The position numbers and the translations under genes are program-made. DNA of 64,000 nucleotides, from positions 32,001 to 96,000 of IMG/VR virus record IMGVR_UViG_3300045988_072133, one strand, 5' to 3'. Shown one piece after another: positions 1 through 9,505 of this stretch (its first letter is position 1; each line of letters starts with the position of its first letter). Below the pieces are notes generated by a model. The model was not told the origin of the DNA. It worked only from the letters and a program-made list of their open reading frames with translations, and made no database searches. Source of the DNA: a virus.

Positions 1-575
1 CCAACTGCCCACCAGTAGTCTTGCTCAATCTTGCTGAATTTATTACCATCCAACTTATCATTTAAATAAAGTATTCTAGCATGCTCCTTCTCAATAAACA
101 TACGAAGAGCTCGTTGAAATACAGGATTATCAGGAATCATTGGATACCCATCTTCATCTACAGGAATAGCCTTGTAAGACATCTCAATCTTACCCTTCTC
201 CTTAGATAAATATATATAGCTATTATTAATAGTAAAGGTGTAATCTACAGACCTAGGTAACTTATCATTAATGCAATAATTACCTGTAGTCTTAGTATCT
301 CTATAAAGATTATGGAATGTATCTGTAGCCCATCTAGCTACACGATTATCAATCATTAATTGATTACATTCTACATAGTCTTCAGGAAGAGGAGCTCTAT
401 AATCTTCATACTCTATAGAGTAGTATTTGTCTATGAAATCCGCAGGAACTCCTACTATCTGTAAGAAATCTACAGTGTAATCTAAGATAGCTTCAAATGC
501 TATCCCATTCATTAAGGGATTTCGATGTAACTGGTCTGCAACGACCTTTAGGCTAACGTATCTTTCTGCTGCCAT
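1..575 (-). CDS. hypothetical protein, partial (3' end beyond window start)
   Basis: Minus-strand frame open from ATG at 573-575 to position 1; co-oriented with neighbouring operon; absent from ORF track because truncated. Confidence 0.4.
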   Translation of the reverse strand, partial: MAAERYVSLKVVADQLHRNPLMNGIAFEAILDYTVDFLQIVGVPADFIDKYYSIEYEDYRAPLPEDYVECNQLMIDNRVARWATDTFHNLYRDTKTTGNYCINDKLPRSVDYTFTINNSYIYLSKEKGKIEMSYKAIPVDEDGYPMIPDNPVFQRALRMFIEKEHARILYLNDKLDGNKFSKIEQDYWWAV

Positions 576-1119
576 CTTTCCAATAATTATATTCAAATGC
601 ATCGAGCTGTCCATCCCTAGCTGCTTGATGAACTTTCATCCTTAAAGCCCTATTAGGTTGAAACATATAGTAGGACTTCTTCTTAAAGCATGCCTTGGAC
701 TTGTTATACTCAATCTTATAATTGTCGTGCTTCTCGACCTTAATTGTAATCTTATTCCTATAAGCCTCAGGATTCTCATACCAGAATCTTAAGGTTGCTC
801 CCCAATCTACAGGAGCTTTGTAAATGAGCTCTCCCTTCTCATTAAGATATGGTTCAATGTGGTACTTGCGAATTTCTAAAAGGCCCATACGAGCCGGAAA
901 TTTCACTTCTTCTCCACGAACAAGGGCATCTGCCAACATATCATTTATAGTGCGTATAATCGCGTAAAACTGCCCTTCCTGAAGGACATACTTAGACTTC
1001 TTAGGTCTATGATTACGATACCACTTATAAGCACCTTTAATACTAAATGAATTGGTAATCTTAAACGTTCTTGAGCTACTTACTTTCTTAACCTGCTTTA
1101 GAAATTCACTGTACTCCAT
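553..1119 (-). CDS. hypothetical protein
   Basis: 188-aa ORF, start overlaps upstream gene stop (ATGA), operon-consistent. Confidence 0.55.
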   Translation of the reverse strand: MEYSEFLKQVKKVSSSRTFKITNSFSIKGAYKWYRNHRPKKSKYVLQEGQFYAIIRTINDMLADALVRGEEVKFPARMGLLEIRKYHIEPYLNEKGELIYKAPVDWGATLRFWYENPEAYRNKITIKVEKHDNYKIEYNKSKACFKKKSYYMFQPNRALRMKVHQAARDGQLDAFEYNYWKDGSRKIR

Positions 1120-1892
1120 TATTCATCAACAGTTGTTTTAGACCTAACCTTAGGAGGCTGATAACTACCCATAGGTATAGATAAGCCATCAGAAGAATTA
1201 TTCTCACCATCCTTAGGTAAGTATAGTACATTACCAAGTTCTTTGATAATAAGATCTATGATAGGCTGAACTAAGGCTTGCTCTACAGGGAAATACATAT
1301 CTAATTTACCATCAGTAGTATCTTGGAAGTCAGTAGGATTCTCAAAGATTCCCTGTATCCTAAAGTATTTACCATTGAGGAAATCAGCAGTAGAGCTTAT
1401 ATACAACTTATGGTCATAACCAATGGTAGCATACGGTTGGGATGTTAGCCACTTGTTATAACCAAGGTATTTGAATCTATCAGGATTTATAAAGTTAACA
1501 TCAATGTTATTCTCTACAAATGTAGATTGTGTATAAAGTTCTAGAGGGGTGCCATCAATAATACAGTGCTCTTCAAGAGGAGCCGTATGGTAAGAGACAG
1601 AAGTCTCTAATAAGACACCATGTAGATTTAAAATAGGTGGAACTGGTTTCTTAAAGCTAAATGTTCTACGAACATCAGTATTATTAGTAGGTAAATCTAG
1701 ATGACCCAGTTCCCAGATTTGGTAGTACTCAAGAGGGACATCTTTTTTAGCACCACCATAACGTTGTTTTGTTAAAATAGCACGATATTTATTAAGCAAG
1801 AATATGATGTGCTCAACTTCAATTCGAGAATCATCAGAATCTAACTTTAATTCATCAAATACTATATAAACGCATTCTCTATAGGTTTGCAT
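1119..1892 (-). CDS. hypothetical protein
   Basis: 257-aa ORF tightly packed in minus-strand operon. Confidence 0.55.
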   Translation of the reverse strand: MQTYRECVYIVFDELKLDSDDSRIEVEHIIFLLNKYRAILTKQRYGGAKKDVPLEYYQIWELGHLDLPTNNTDVRRTFSFKKPVPPILNLHGVLLETSVSYHTAPLEEHCIIDGTPLELYTQSTFVENNIDVNFINPDRFKYLGYNKWLTSQPYATIGYDHKLYISSTADFLNGKYFRIQGIFENPTDFQDTTDGKLDMYFPVEQALVQPIIDLIIKELGNVLYLPKDGENNSSDGLSIPMGSYQPPKVRSKTTVDE

Positions 1893-1893
1893 A

Positions 1894-2625
1894 TTAATCT
1901 TTATAAAATATTTTACATTCTTTTACATGAGAGAGATACCCTGATAAATGTTCTGAAATACGACTAGGCCCAACTTTTAAGTATCGAGCAGCTGATGCTA
2001 TTGAAGGAAATTCTTTAGTTACTCCAGTAGGAAGAATCACTATAACCTCCTTATATCTCTTATTCTTAAAAGGCTTAATTTGATAACTTTTAACATAGGA
2101 GAATTGGTACCCCTTACAGGTACCAGATTCTCTATGATTTAGTAAGTCTCTAAGAGTAGAGTCGTGTACTCCTAGTGATCTAGCAGCCTCACAAATTGAT
2201 GAAAAGGATTGAATATATTTACCTTCTAATGAATATTGATGTACTTCTTTGCCTATAAAGGTATTACACTTTGCCACATCTTTTACAATATTATACTCAG
2301 GCAATAATAAGTTAATAAAGTCTTGTTCTTTACTTCTAATTAAATCACTAGTATAAGAAGGATCTTCAAATAGTATAATTAAATTAAAATTACTCAAACC
2401 ATATTTCTCAACTGCCTTTAATAAAATTGGGCAAGCACTTTCTTTAACATCTTTACTTGTAGTAAAAGTAAATAAGTGTTTACGAATTCTGCTCTTTAAA
2501 TTAATACTACTTCCTATGTACCTATGATTGTTGAGTTTATTTACAAACATGTAAACAGCAGGAACTTTTGGTAATGTTTTATAAGCAGATCTTAAATCTG
2601 TGAGAGCTAAATCAAATTCTCTCAT
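1894..2625 (-). CDS. GIY-YIG homing endonuclease with C-terminal HTH repeats
   Basis: N-terminal AVYMF..x10..YIGSSINLKSRIRKH matches GIY-(10-11)-YIG..R..H motif. Two C-terminal repeats (SICEAARSLGVHDSTLRDLL / SIASAARYLKVGPSRISEHL) resemble NUMOD/IENR-type DNA-binding helices of I-TevI/Seg-like enzymes. Confidence 0.75.
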   Translation of the reverse strand: MREFDLALTDLRSAYKTLPKVPAVYMFVNKLNNHRYIGSSINLKSRIRKHLFTFTTSKDVKESACPILLKAVEKYGLSNFNLIILFEDPSYTSDLIRSKEQDFINLLLPEYNIVKDVAKCNTFIGKEVHQYSLEGKYIQSFSSICEAARSLGVHDSTLRDLLNHRESGTCKGYQFSYVKSYQIKPFKNKRYKEVIVILPTGVTKEFPSIASAARYLKVGPSRISEHLSGYLSHVKECKIFYKD

Positions 2626-3554
2626 TAGTTCATATTATTATTAAGAATTACTTCCTTAACTTCAGGATCAACAGCTGAAGTTCTCATGCGAGAGGTTGCA
2701 CCACACTCACATCGGAAGACCTGATATTTATTAACCGAAGTATAGTAGAATCCTTCGGGCTTCAAATGCTTAGAACCACAGTTGGGACAAATAGGCTCAT
2801 CACACTCATAATATAGATTAAGGTTAGGATGATTCCGTACCCAAGGTCTAAGTCTGAGATAGACAGCTTCTAGGCATTCAACATCCCAATTATTATACTT
2901 AAACATATACTCTAGAGCCTCAGGCTTACCATCAACACAGTCTGACCATAATTGGAAATTAGTCTCTAACTTAGTATCAACACCAAGAATCTTAGCTAAG
3001 TAATCTAACTTATTTGATGTAAAGCCAAACTGCTTCTTAGCAACTTCTAAAGTATCAATATTCTGATAAGGTTTAACAGGAGGAAGCCGATGTATTAGCA
3101 TCCTAGCATTAATCTTTAATAAGTCAAACTTTTTACCATTGTGCGTAATGACAATATCTACCTCATTTAAAAGTTTAGCTAAGCTCATAACAATTCTACG
3201 ATCATCTTGAGCTTTCGCTTCCTCACTTGTAAGACAATCTCCTAGAACTTCTCTACCAAAGAGCCATTTAGCTGACCAACAGATAATATACCAATCTGCA
3301 AGAAGCTTGTCTAGATTTACTGAATCTTTCCATAGACTAAATACATAACCTTTCATAGGAGCAGTCTCAATGTCAAGAATAAGAATCTTAGGAGCTTTTA
3401 TAACAGACTTAGTTATTCCTGAGTTACGATAAAGTCTCTTTGCTTCAACAATATCTTCCTTAGAAGCATGAAGTCGTCTCGATAAGGATCCTTTACCCAT
3501 ACGTACTAGGTAAGGTTTAACCTTAAATACCTCTAAAATCTCATTAACGTTCAT
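2625..3554 (-). CDS. DnaQ-like DEDD 3'-5' exonuclease with C-terminal zinc ribbon
   Basis: ILILDIETAP (Exo I), VITHNGKKFDL (Exo II), YMFKYNNWDVECLEAVY (Exo III-like) motifs; CPNCG...CECG Cys cluster at C-terminus. Confidence 0.65.
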   Translation of the reverse strand: MNVNEILEVFKVKPYLVRMGKGSLSRRLHASKEDIVEAKRLYRNSGITKSVIKAPKILILDIETAPMKGYVFSLWKDSVNLDKLLADWYIICWSAKWLFGREVLGDCLTSEEAKAQDDRRIVMSLAKLLNEVDIVITHNGKKFDLLKINARMLIHRLPPVKPYQNIDTLEVAKKQFGFTSNKLDYLAKILGVDTKLETNFQLWSDCVDGKPEALEYMFKYNNWDVECLEAVYLRLRPWVRNHPNLNLYYECDEPICPNCGSKHLKPEGFYYTSVNKYQVFRCECGATSRMRTSAVDPEVKEVILNNNMN

Positions 3555-3600
3555 ATTAAATTAATTTAAATTATTAATTAGCTATAATAGCTTATAAACT

Positions 3601-3648
3601 AAAAGTCCTCAAATATACGAAAAATTTTTCATATATCCAAGGACTTTT
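3601..3648. promoter_or_regulatory. nested AT-rich palindrome (copy 1 of recurring motif) upstream of exonuclease gene
   Basis: AAAAGTCC...ATATACGAAAAATTTTTCATATAT...GGACTTTT; inner 24-bp palindrome with one mismatch, outer 8-bp arms. Confidence 0.4.
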
Positions 3649-3682
3649 GTAAAAAAATAATAATTTCTATTATTTTTGGTAA

Positions 3683-4138
3683 TTATCTATCGGAACTAAG
3701 GTAGATATAACGATTCATAGTTTGAGCAAAATCATCTAAGATATTTACAATACCAGCATATCTGCCAGCAGTCATGCCAGACTTTAAATACTCAGCTTTT
3801 GCAGCTAGAACCTTTAAGATCTCCTTAGGATCTGTAGTGTTAGGAATATTAGGATTGATAATGCCATAACCAAAACGACTGTCATTTAGACCCATAATAT
3901 TCTCAGTAATATCATCAACATATTCTAATAGGTCATCATTAATGTCATCTATAAGTAGATGCAATGATTTGCTATAGGTATTCCAATGTATCTCCTTAAG
4001 TTTAAAGTATGAGCCATAAAGTTCATTAATGAAGGTTATAACTCTCTCGAAATCCATTTCCATACTAGATATATAATTACTCTCTGCTTTTGTCAAGCAT
4101 AACCATAAGTACTTCTTCGTCCATATCACGGGCTTCAA
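3683..4138 (-). CDS. hypothetical protein
   Basis: 151-aa ORF, operon-consistent. Confidence 0.5.
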   Translation of the reverse strand: MKPVIWTKKYLWLCLTKAESNYISSMEMDFERVITFINELYGSYFKLKEIHWNTYSKSLHLLIDDINDDLLEYVDDITENIMGLNDSRFGYGIINPNIPNTTDPKEILKVLAAKAEYLKSGMTAGRYAGIVNILDDFAQTMNRYIYLSSDR

Positions 4139-4373
4139 AGTAAGCTTCGATTAGCTTAATGACATCAAGAAGTTTGCACTCTACAGTGCCATGCAGGTTC
4201 TCACGAATGAGTTCATGAAGATCTCGTGAGTTGGAATGTATAATTTCCTTATACTCTTCCTCACTCAGAAAGTGATCCTCAAGGCTTTTCTTCATAGCAC
4301 TATGAGCAGCTTCAGATATCATCTCAAGTATTGACTCTGCAGATAGATTAACGTGCAGGTGTTTCTTCATCAT
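4077..4373 (-). CDS. hypothetical protein
   Basis: 98-aa ORF overlapping neighbours; helical/charged. Confidence 0.4.
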   Translation of the reverse strand: MMKKHLHVNLSAESILEMISEAAHSAMKKSLEDHFLSEEEYKEIIHSNSRDLHELIRENLHGTVECKLLDVIKLIEAYFEARDMDEEVLMVMLDKSRE

Positions 4374-4614
4374 AACTACGAGATTTAAGTGATTTGTGCT
4401 TATTATCTCTACCGCTATGACTTCTTTTGAGACTCAGTATACTTACCTTCACATCCTTTAAAGTTTCGATTATTTCTTTCTGAGATGAATCAATATGACC
4501 AAGATAATGTTTTACGTCATCCTGGAGAACTAGAATCTCTGCTAAAAGAGCTTTAATCTCTCTGTTAGGAGTGAAGAAATTCTTCATCTTCTGAATAAAA
4601 GTTACACTAGGCAT
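4348..4614 (-). CDS. hypothetical protein
   Basis: 88-aa ORF. Confidence 0.4.
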   Translation of the reverse strand: MPSVTFIQKMKNFFTPNREIKALLAEILVLQDDVKHYLGHIDSSQKEIIETLKDVKVSILSLKRSHSGRDNKHKSLKSRSYDEETPAR

Positions 4615-4924
4615 TCTTACTCTTAATATTTAAGAACTCTCTCTTAAACAAGTCAATGTCTTCTGGCCCAAAAGTAATACCCAGCAAGGTCGGCTTATTA
4701 GGCATCAATCTCATCATATCCTTCAGAGCATTAGACAATGACTCAATGTCGATGTTATCATTCCCATCCGTTAAGGCGTCTATAATAAACTTATACTTAG
4801 GCTTGCTAAGTATGTTATTAGCGCCATACATTGCTACTGGTGCCAAATAAGGCACTCCTAAGTTCATGGCAATAGTACGAATCGACGAATTTAATGCGGC
4901 TTTTAATATCTCTAAATCAGACAT
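4607..4924 (-). CDS. hypothetical protein
   Basis: 105-aa ORF. Confidence 0.45.
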   Translation of the reverse strand: MSDLEILKAALNSSIRTIAMNLGVPYLAPVAMYGANNILSKPKYKFIIDALTDGNDNIDIESLSNALKDMMRLMPNKPTLLGITFGPEDIDLFKREFLNIKSKNA

Positions 4925-4926
4925 GT

Positions 4927-5367
4927 TTACTTAATTTTATCTAGTAACTCAGGATGCTTGTCCAATAGATCTGCTACTTTCTGGAGCTTCTCTTGCTTAA
5001 CAGCAATCTCTTGCTGTGCCTTGGATTTAACATCTTTAATCACACTTAATAACCGTTCACCGGCTATCCTTCCTTCAGGGGTAGTAATGTATTCATTACT
5101 GAATTTATTGCCTAAAAAATTCATAAACCCTGATTCATAGATATTCTTAGCCTCAGAATATTCAGGAGATTTCTCAATTAATTTCTTCTCATCCTCTGTT
5201 AAATTAGATGAGATATTATTAATCTCCTCAAGTAGTGAATATTGAGGAGTACCACTTCCCATAGACTTAAGCGCCTCTATCTGTCCCTCTAACATTCGTA
5301 ACTGGTTCTCCTTAGTCAACGGTGATTGGAAACCTTGATAAGCAGACCCTACTGGATATCCATACAT
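4927..5367 (-). CDS. hypothetical protein (coiled-coil)
   Basis: 146-aa ORF, heptad-like charged sequence. Confidence 0.5.
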   Translation of the reverse strand: MYGYPVGSAYQGFQSPLTKENQLRMLEGQIEALKSMGSGTPQYSLLEEINNISSNLTEDEKKLIEKSPEYSEAKNIYESGFMNFLGNKFSNEYITTPEGRIAGERLLSVIKDVKSKAQQEIAVKQEKLQKVADLLDKHPELLDKIK

Positions 5368-5388
5368 AGTTGTAAAGATTACTAATTA

Positions 5389-5850
5389 CTACGGAGTAGG
5401 AGCGGATGTCCCTTTCGTAGATACAGCATATACGAAGTAACCTCTGTTAGATGCTAACATAGCTGCAGTGGGAGTAGAGTTTATCACATTCTGAGTAACC
5501 TTGCATACACAAGGAGGAATTATCATCCCTATAATCTTCTCAGAAGTAATATCCTCAACAGTAGGAACTGTTGAACTCTGGATTACAGCAGCATTGCTAG
5601 AATGTACTGTAAAAGTTCTACTCATATTGGTTACGTCTGTATAGTTTACCTGTAAAGCTAGATCTACTTTCGTTAAATAGTAAGTAGTTGAATCCAACGT
5701 GAACTCACTAGTATAACGAATAGTAGGAATTAACGTAGACGTAGGTGCTACGTCAGTCCTAGCAGGAGTGGGTAAACATACATTAAATTCAACTACTTGA
5801 TTTAATGTAGTTCCCTCACCAAAGTTAGTTATTACTGTTCGTTCCATCAT
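5389..5850 (-). CDS. hypothetical structural protein
   Basis: 153-aa Thr/Val-rich ORF in morphogenesis block. Confidence 0.5.
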   Translation of the reverse strand: MMERTVITNFGEGTTLNQVVEFNVCLPTPARTDVAPTSTLIPTIRYTSEFTLDSTTYYLTKVDLALQVNYTDVTNMSRTFTVHSSNAAVIQSSTVPTVEDITSEKIIGMIIPPCVCKVTQNVINSTPTAAMLASNRGYFVYAVSTKGTSAPTP

Positions 5851-5872
5851 GATCCCAATTAATTAGATTCAA

Positions 5873-6406
5873 TTACTGAACTACAGTAGTAGAGGAGCCA
5901 CATCCGAAACCAAAGGGATTGTTCATAGGAACAGCTACCTGCGGATAGGGCGGATAGCAAATCTCTCTGTAGGGAAGCCGGATCTCACCGTCAACTTTAT
6001 TCCAAGTTCGGGAATCCGTGTATCTCTCAGATTTAAGAGCTGAAATCTCTGCTAACAGAGGTTGTGTGGCTTCGATAGCAGCAACCTTCTTGTCAAGGTT
6101 TATAATACCCTGAGCCAGCTGGTTGGCATACTCACCAAGTCTCTGGTCAGCTCTGTTCGACTGAGAAATAATTTCTCTGTATAATTCTATGCCAACATTG
6201 TCAGCATATTTTTCAGCTGCTAAATTAGCAGCAGCGGCTTGGTATGCAGATACCAACTCCGATTGACCGTTGCAATTACCTCCGCCAAAGAGGCCACCCA
6301 ACAGTCCATTACCGCAACCGCTACCACGAAGGAGCCATCCTGCGGTACCTATAATGCCAAGAGTTAATCCGGCATTACCAACGCCTTTAGAAGCAAATTC
6401 TGCCAT
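5873..6406 (-). CDS. hypothetical protein with Gly-rich N-terminal segment
   Basis: 177-aa ORF; hydrophobic stretch then GGLFGGGNCNG Gly-rich region, then coiled-coil-like part. Confidence 0.5.
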   Translation of the reverse strand: MAEFASKGVGNAGLTLGIIGTAGWLLRGSGCGNGLLGGLFGGGNCNGQSELVSAYQAAAANLAAEKYADNVGIELYREIISQSNRADQRLGEYANQLAQGIINLDKKVAAIEATQPLLAEISALKSERYTDSRTWNKVDGEIRLPYREICYPPYPQVAVPMNNPFGFGCGSSTTVVQ

Positions 6407-6477
6407 AATTAGTGAAAGTTTTAAAAGTTAATTTGAACTAAATATAAATATATTTCGCGCAAAATATATATGTAATA

Positions 6478-6503
6478 GGACTACTGCCCGTAAGCAGTAG
6501 CCC
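6478..6503 (-). terminator. hairpin in 170-bp intergenic region
   Basis: GGACTACTGC-ccgtaa-GCAGTAGCCC 9/10 bp stem followed on minus strand by AT-rich run. Confidence 0.3.
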
Positions 6504-6576
6504 AATATTACTCTATTCAACTTTCACTAACTCTTATAAATATTACTTAATTATAGTAATTGCCCTAAACTATAAA

Positions 6577-7641
6577 TTAAGCTAAAATAGCTAAGATAAC
6601 TTCATCCAGTCCATTAGCAATAGTTCCTAAAGTCAGGGTCTCTTCCGTACCTTCCTGGGTAGTTGCACACAGAATTAGAAGCTGCTTTTCAGAAGCCTGA
6701 GGCGAAGTAGCTTCACCACGATAGAAGAACGCAAGATCTAATGAATCGTACTTATTCTCATAGTTAACCTTATATTTCGTCGTAATGTTCAACGGATAAT
6801 TGTTCATACGATAGAAATCACCAATTTCACCGTGATAGAAGTACTCAAGGTCAGCAGCAACCTTACCATTACCATCGCCAAGTGAACCACCTACAGTCTT
6901 CGTAAAGAGACCATTGTCTACATCCGAAGTATCAATCCAATCAAACGACTCAAAGTTGGTATTACCAGTAGATGAGATTGAAAGAACAGGATTAGGATAG
7001 ATATCGAAATTATAGGAACGAAGCTGTACTTTACCCATAATCCAAGGTTTCAGATTATCAGCAACTTCCTCAATAACAATCGTATCTGCAGTGCCTCCAG
7101 TTTCACCTTTAGCTGTAAGAACCGGCCAGTCAAGCTTATTGTACTTCTTGCCAGATACACCATACATCTTGTTAATCTGACTTGCAAGACCATCCGTAAG
7201 TTCTTTCGACAGAGTAGCAGCTTCAGTTGCAGAACTTGTAGTATATGATACTACTCCAACCATCTGATCTTCCTGTGAGCCAGACATAACTTCACGAATC
7301 ATAACACGGAGACTATACTCCGTATTAGGAGCAAGTTCAGCCTTATTAACCTTAATAGTTACTGTACGCGGTATGCCTACCTTAAAAGGCCTCTTAGCAT
7401 ATTGTCGAACCTTATCCTTTTCGATAATATCCGACTTCATTATGTCGGTATAAGCATTAGTGTACTGGATATAAAATTTCTCCACATCGCTAGCAAGCAC
7501 CTCACCAGCAGCAGGTTTACCTTGATCCCCAGTACCAACCTTAACAACTTTATTGCCAGTCTTTAGATCAATAACTTTGATATCGTTTGCAGAGTTTGCA
7601 ACAATGATCTGCCGAACAGCATTTTCAGTAAAATTTGCCAT
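6577..7641 (-). CDS. hypothetical virion protein
   Basis: 354-aa ORF in structural block. Confidence 0.5.
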   Translation of the reverse strand: MANFTENAVRQIIVANSANDIKVIDLKTGNKVVKVGTGDQGKPAAGEVLASDVEKFYIQYTNAYTDIMKSDIIEKDKVRQYAKRPFKVGIPRTVTIKVNKAELAPNTEYSLRVMIREVMSGSQEDQMVGVVSYTTSSATEAATLSKELTDGLASQINKMYGVSGKKYNKLDWPVLTAKGETGGTADTIVIEEVADNLKPWIMGKVQLRSYNFDIYPNPVLSISSTGNTNFESFDWIDTSDVDNGLFTKTVGGSLGDGNGKVAADLEYFYHGEIGDFYRMNNYPLNITTKYKVNYENKYDSLDLAFFYRGEATSPQASEKQLLILCATTQEGTEETLTLGTIANGLDEVILAILA

Positions 7642-7659
7642 ATTATAACATTAATTAAA

Positions 7660-8433
7660 TTATTCTACTCTGCGATTCAGAGCTATTTGTGTATTCAAAC
7701 TATTCTCTTTATAATCACGTGTAGCTAACTCTACAGCACGATTTATAATCAACTCCCAAAGGGTGGGGGAGATCTTATTATCTAAATTCCCATCAACATT
7801 TGCCTTACGTTCTCCCATGATAGAGAGGTTTCTGATACTAATCCATTCTGCTGAATCTAAGTCTACTAGTATAATAGGCTCAGGTTCTTTCATGTAAGTA
7901 TAAATGTATTGAAACTCTTTAGATACAAGATCTTCATTAGATATTAATGTGATTTGACGTACCGTTGTATCTTCATTGGTAGTCTCATCAACACGCCATA
8001 CTCTTAGATCTGAAGGTCTCCTAAAAGGATTCCTCATAAGCCTATAGGCTTCATCAATATCAATAGGTTTAACTACTATATTACGAGTCTTTAAAGTGGG
8101 GTCATTAGGACCCTTAATACGCTCGGCTAATAGCTGAAGTACGTTAGCATCTAAGTCTATAACATAGGAATTAAGCCCCTCAATCTGATTGGGAATAAGT
8201 GTTGTAATAACAGCCGTTCCTGTAAGAATATAACGTGGAAGGAGCGATTTAACAGCTTCAGTACTGTCGATGGTATCACCACCCATAGTACCGTTATAAT
8301 AGCCTGAAACAACCTCTCTATGCGCTTGAGTTAAGAATAATGATATTTCATACTCATTAAGACCTGGTGCAGCTGCACTTAAGATATTATCATAATGTAG
8401 ATTAAATTTCTGAATCAGTTCCGCTGCAGTCAT
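7660..8433 (-). CDS. hypothetical virion protein
   Basis: 257-aa ORF. Confidence 0.5.
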   Translation of the reverse strand: MTAAELIQKFNLHYDNILSAAAPGLNEYEISLFLTQAHREVVSGYYNGTMGGDTIDSTEAVKSLLPRYILTGTAVITTLIPNQIEGLNSYVIDLDANVLQLLAERIKGPNDPTLKTRNIVVKPIDIDEAYRLMRNPFRRPSDLRVWRVDETTNEDTTVRQITLISNEDLVSKEFQYIYTYMKEPEPIILVDLDSAEWISIRNLSIMGERKANVDGNLDNKISPTLWELIINRAVELATRDYKENSLNTQIALNRRVE

Positions 8434-8441
8434 AATGTAAA

Positions 8442-9440
8442 TTATTTCTTAGAAGCCTTGATCTTAGCCTCAAGCATTAACTTATACTCTTGATTCTTGA
8501 CAGCGTTGATATACCTAGCAGCATTTGCAATAGTAGGATCATCCATACCTTCACACAAAGGAGTATTGTCAGCTTTGTAATAAAGGTCTCCTCGCTTCTT
8601 AATAAGACCTGCATAAATTGCATCCTTAATCATTACCTTAGTTTCAAGATACGGATCCTGAAGAATCTGTATGAACAATTTAGGATTGCTCTGCATATTC
8701 TTAAATGCCTGTGCCTGGAGCCAATCAAGAGTACTAGATTCTGAAACAGGCTTACCCTCAAGAGTCTCTACTGCAAACCGCAGTACAGGTTTATTCTCTA
8801 GGAATTTGCCTAATTCAAAGGATGCTTGCATAGCTACATTCATCTCCTTATTGAGAGTCTTAACCTCTTCTCCCTCTCTGATAAGCACATACCTATAGGT
8901 TGCTTTAGGACTGGTCTTAAGAGTATCAAGACTAGGAGCAATAGTATCAGAATTAGCTAGCAGAATCTTATATTTAATATAACCATCAGGAGTGGAAAGA
9001 TCTAGAATAGTATCCATCTTACCAAGTCTAACAATAGCATTATCAGACTCCCAATAGTTATCTTCTTTTCGATAGATAGAAAGAGCATTATCCTCAAGAC
9101 CCATGGTCATTTCTAAGAATTTCTTCTCAGCTTTAGTAAGAGCATTCTTGTATGAACCCGACATCAGAAGCGGTAGCGTATAGATTTTTACTGCGGTTTC
9201 AGCCATTCCTCCATAGAGAGCGTGAGAGGGTTTGTCAATATTACCAGTAGGCTTAAGAATACACCTTACAATAACTTTCTCATTCCTGAGACAATTTACT
9301 ATCGGCTCATCCTCTACAGACGTTGTAGAACTCTTCTTATCTACTTTAGAACTTTTCGTAGGTTTAGGTACCTCAACTTTTACTTCCTCAACTGAGGTGT
9401 CAATATCAATATCACCAATATTGCTAAAATTTTTATCCAT
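8442..9440 (-). CDS. hypothetical virion protein
   Basis: 332-aa ORF directly downstream of putative capsid gene. Confidence 0.5.
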   Translation of the reverse strand: MDKNFSNIGDIDIDTSVEEVKVEVPKPTKSSKVDKKSSTTSVEDEPIVNCLRNEKVIVRCILKPTGNIDKPSHALYGGMAETAVKIYTLPLLMSGSYKNALTKAEKKFLEMTMGLEDNALSIYRKEDNYWESDNAIVRLGKMDTILDLSTPDGYIKYKILLANSDTIAPSLDTLKTSPKATYRYVLIREGEEVKTLNKEMNVAMQASFELGKFLENKPVLRFAVETLEGKPVSESSTLDWLQAQAFKNMQSNPKLFIQILQDPYLETKVMIKDAIYAGLIKKRGDLYYKADNTPLCEGMDDPTIANAARYINAVKNQEYKLMLEAKIKASKK

Positions 9441-9463
9441 AACTTCTCCCTTTATTTAAATGA

Positions 9464-9493
9464 AGGTAAGTGGGATTTAACTCCCACCTACCT
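9464..9493 (-). terminator. hairpin downstream of putative capsid gene (attenuator/terminator-like)
   Basis: AGGTAAGTGGGA-tttaac-TCCCACCTACCT, 11/12 bp; on minus strand followed by AUUUAAAUAAA. Confidence 0.35.
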
Positions 9494-9505
9494 ATAAATG
9501 AGTTA

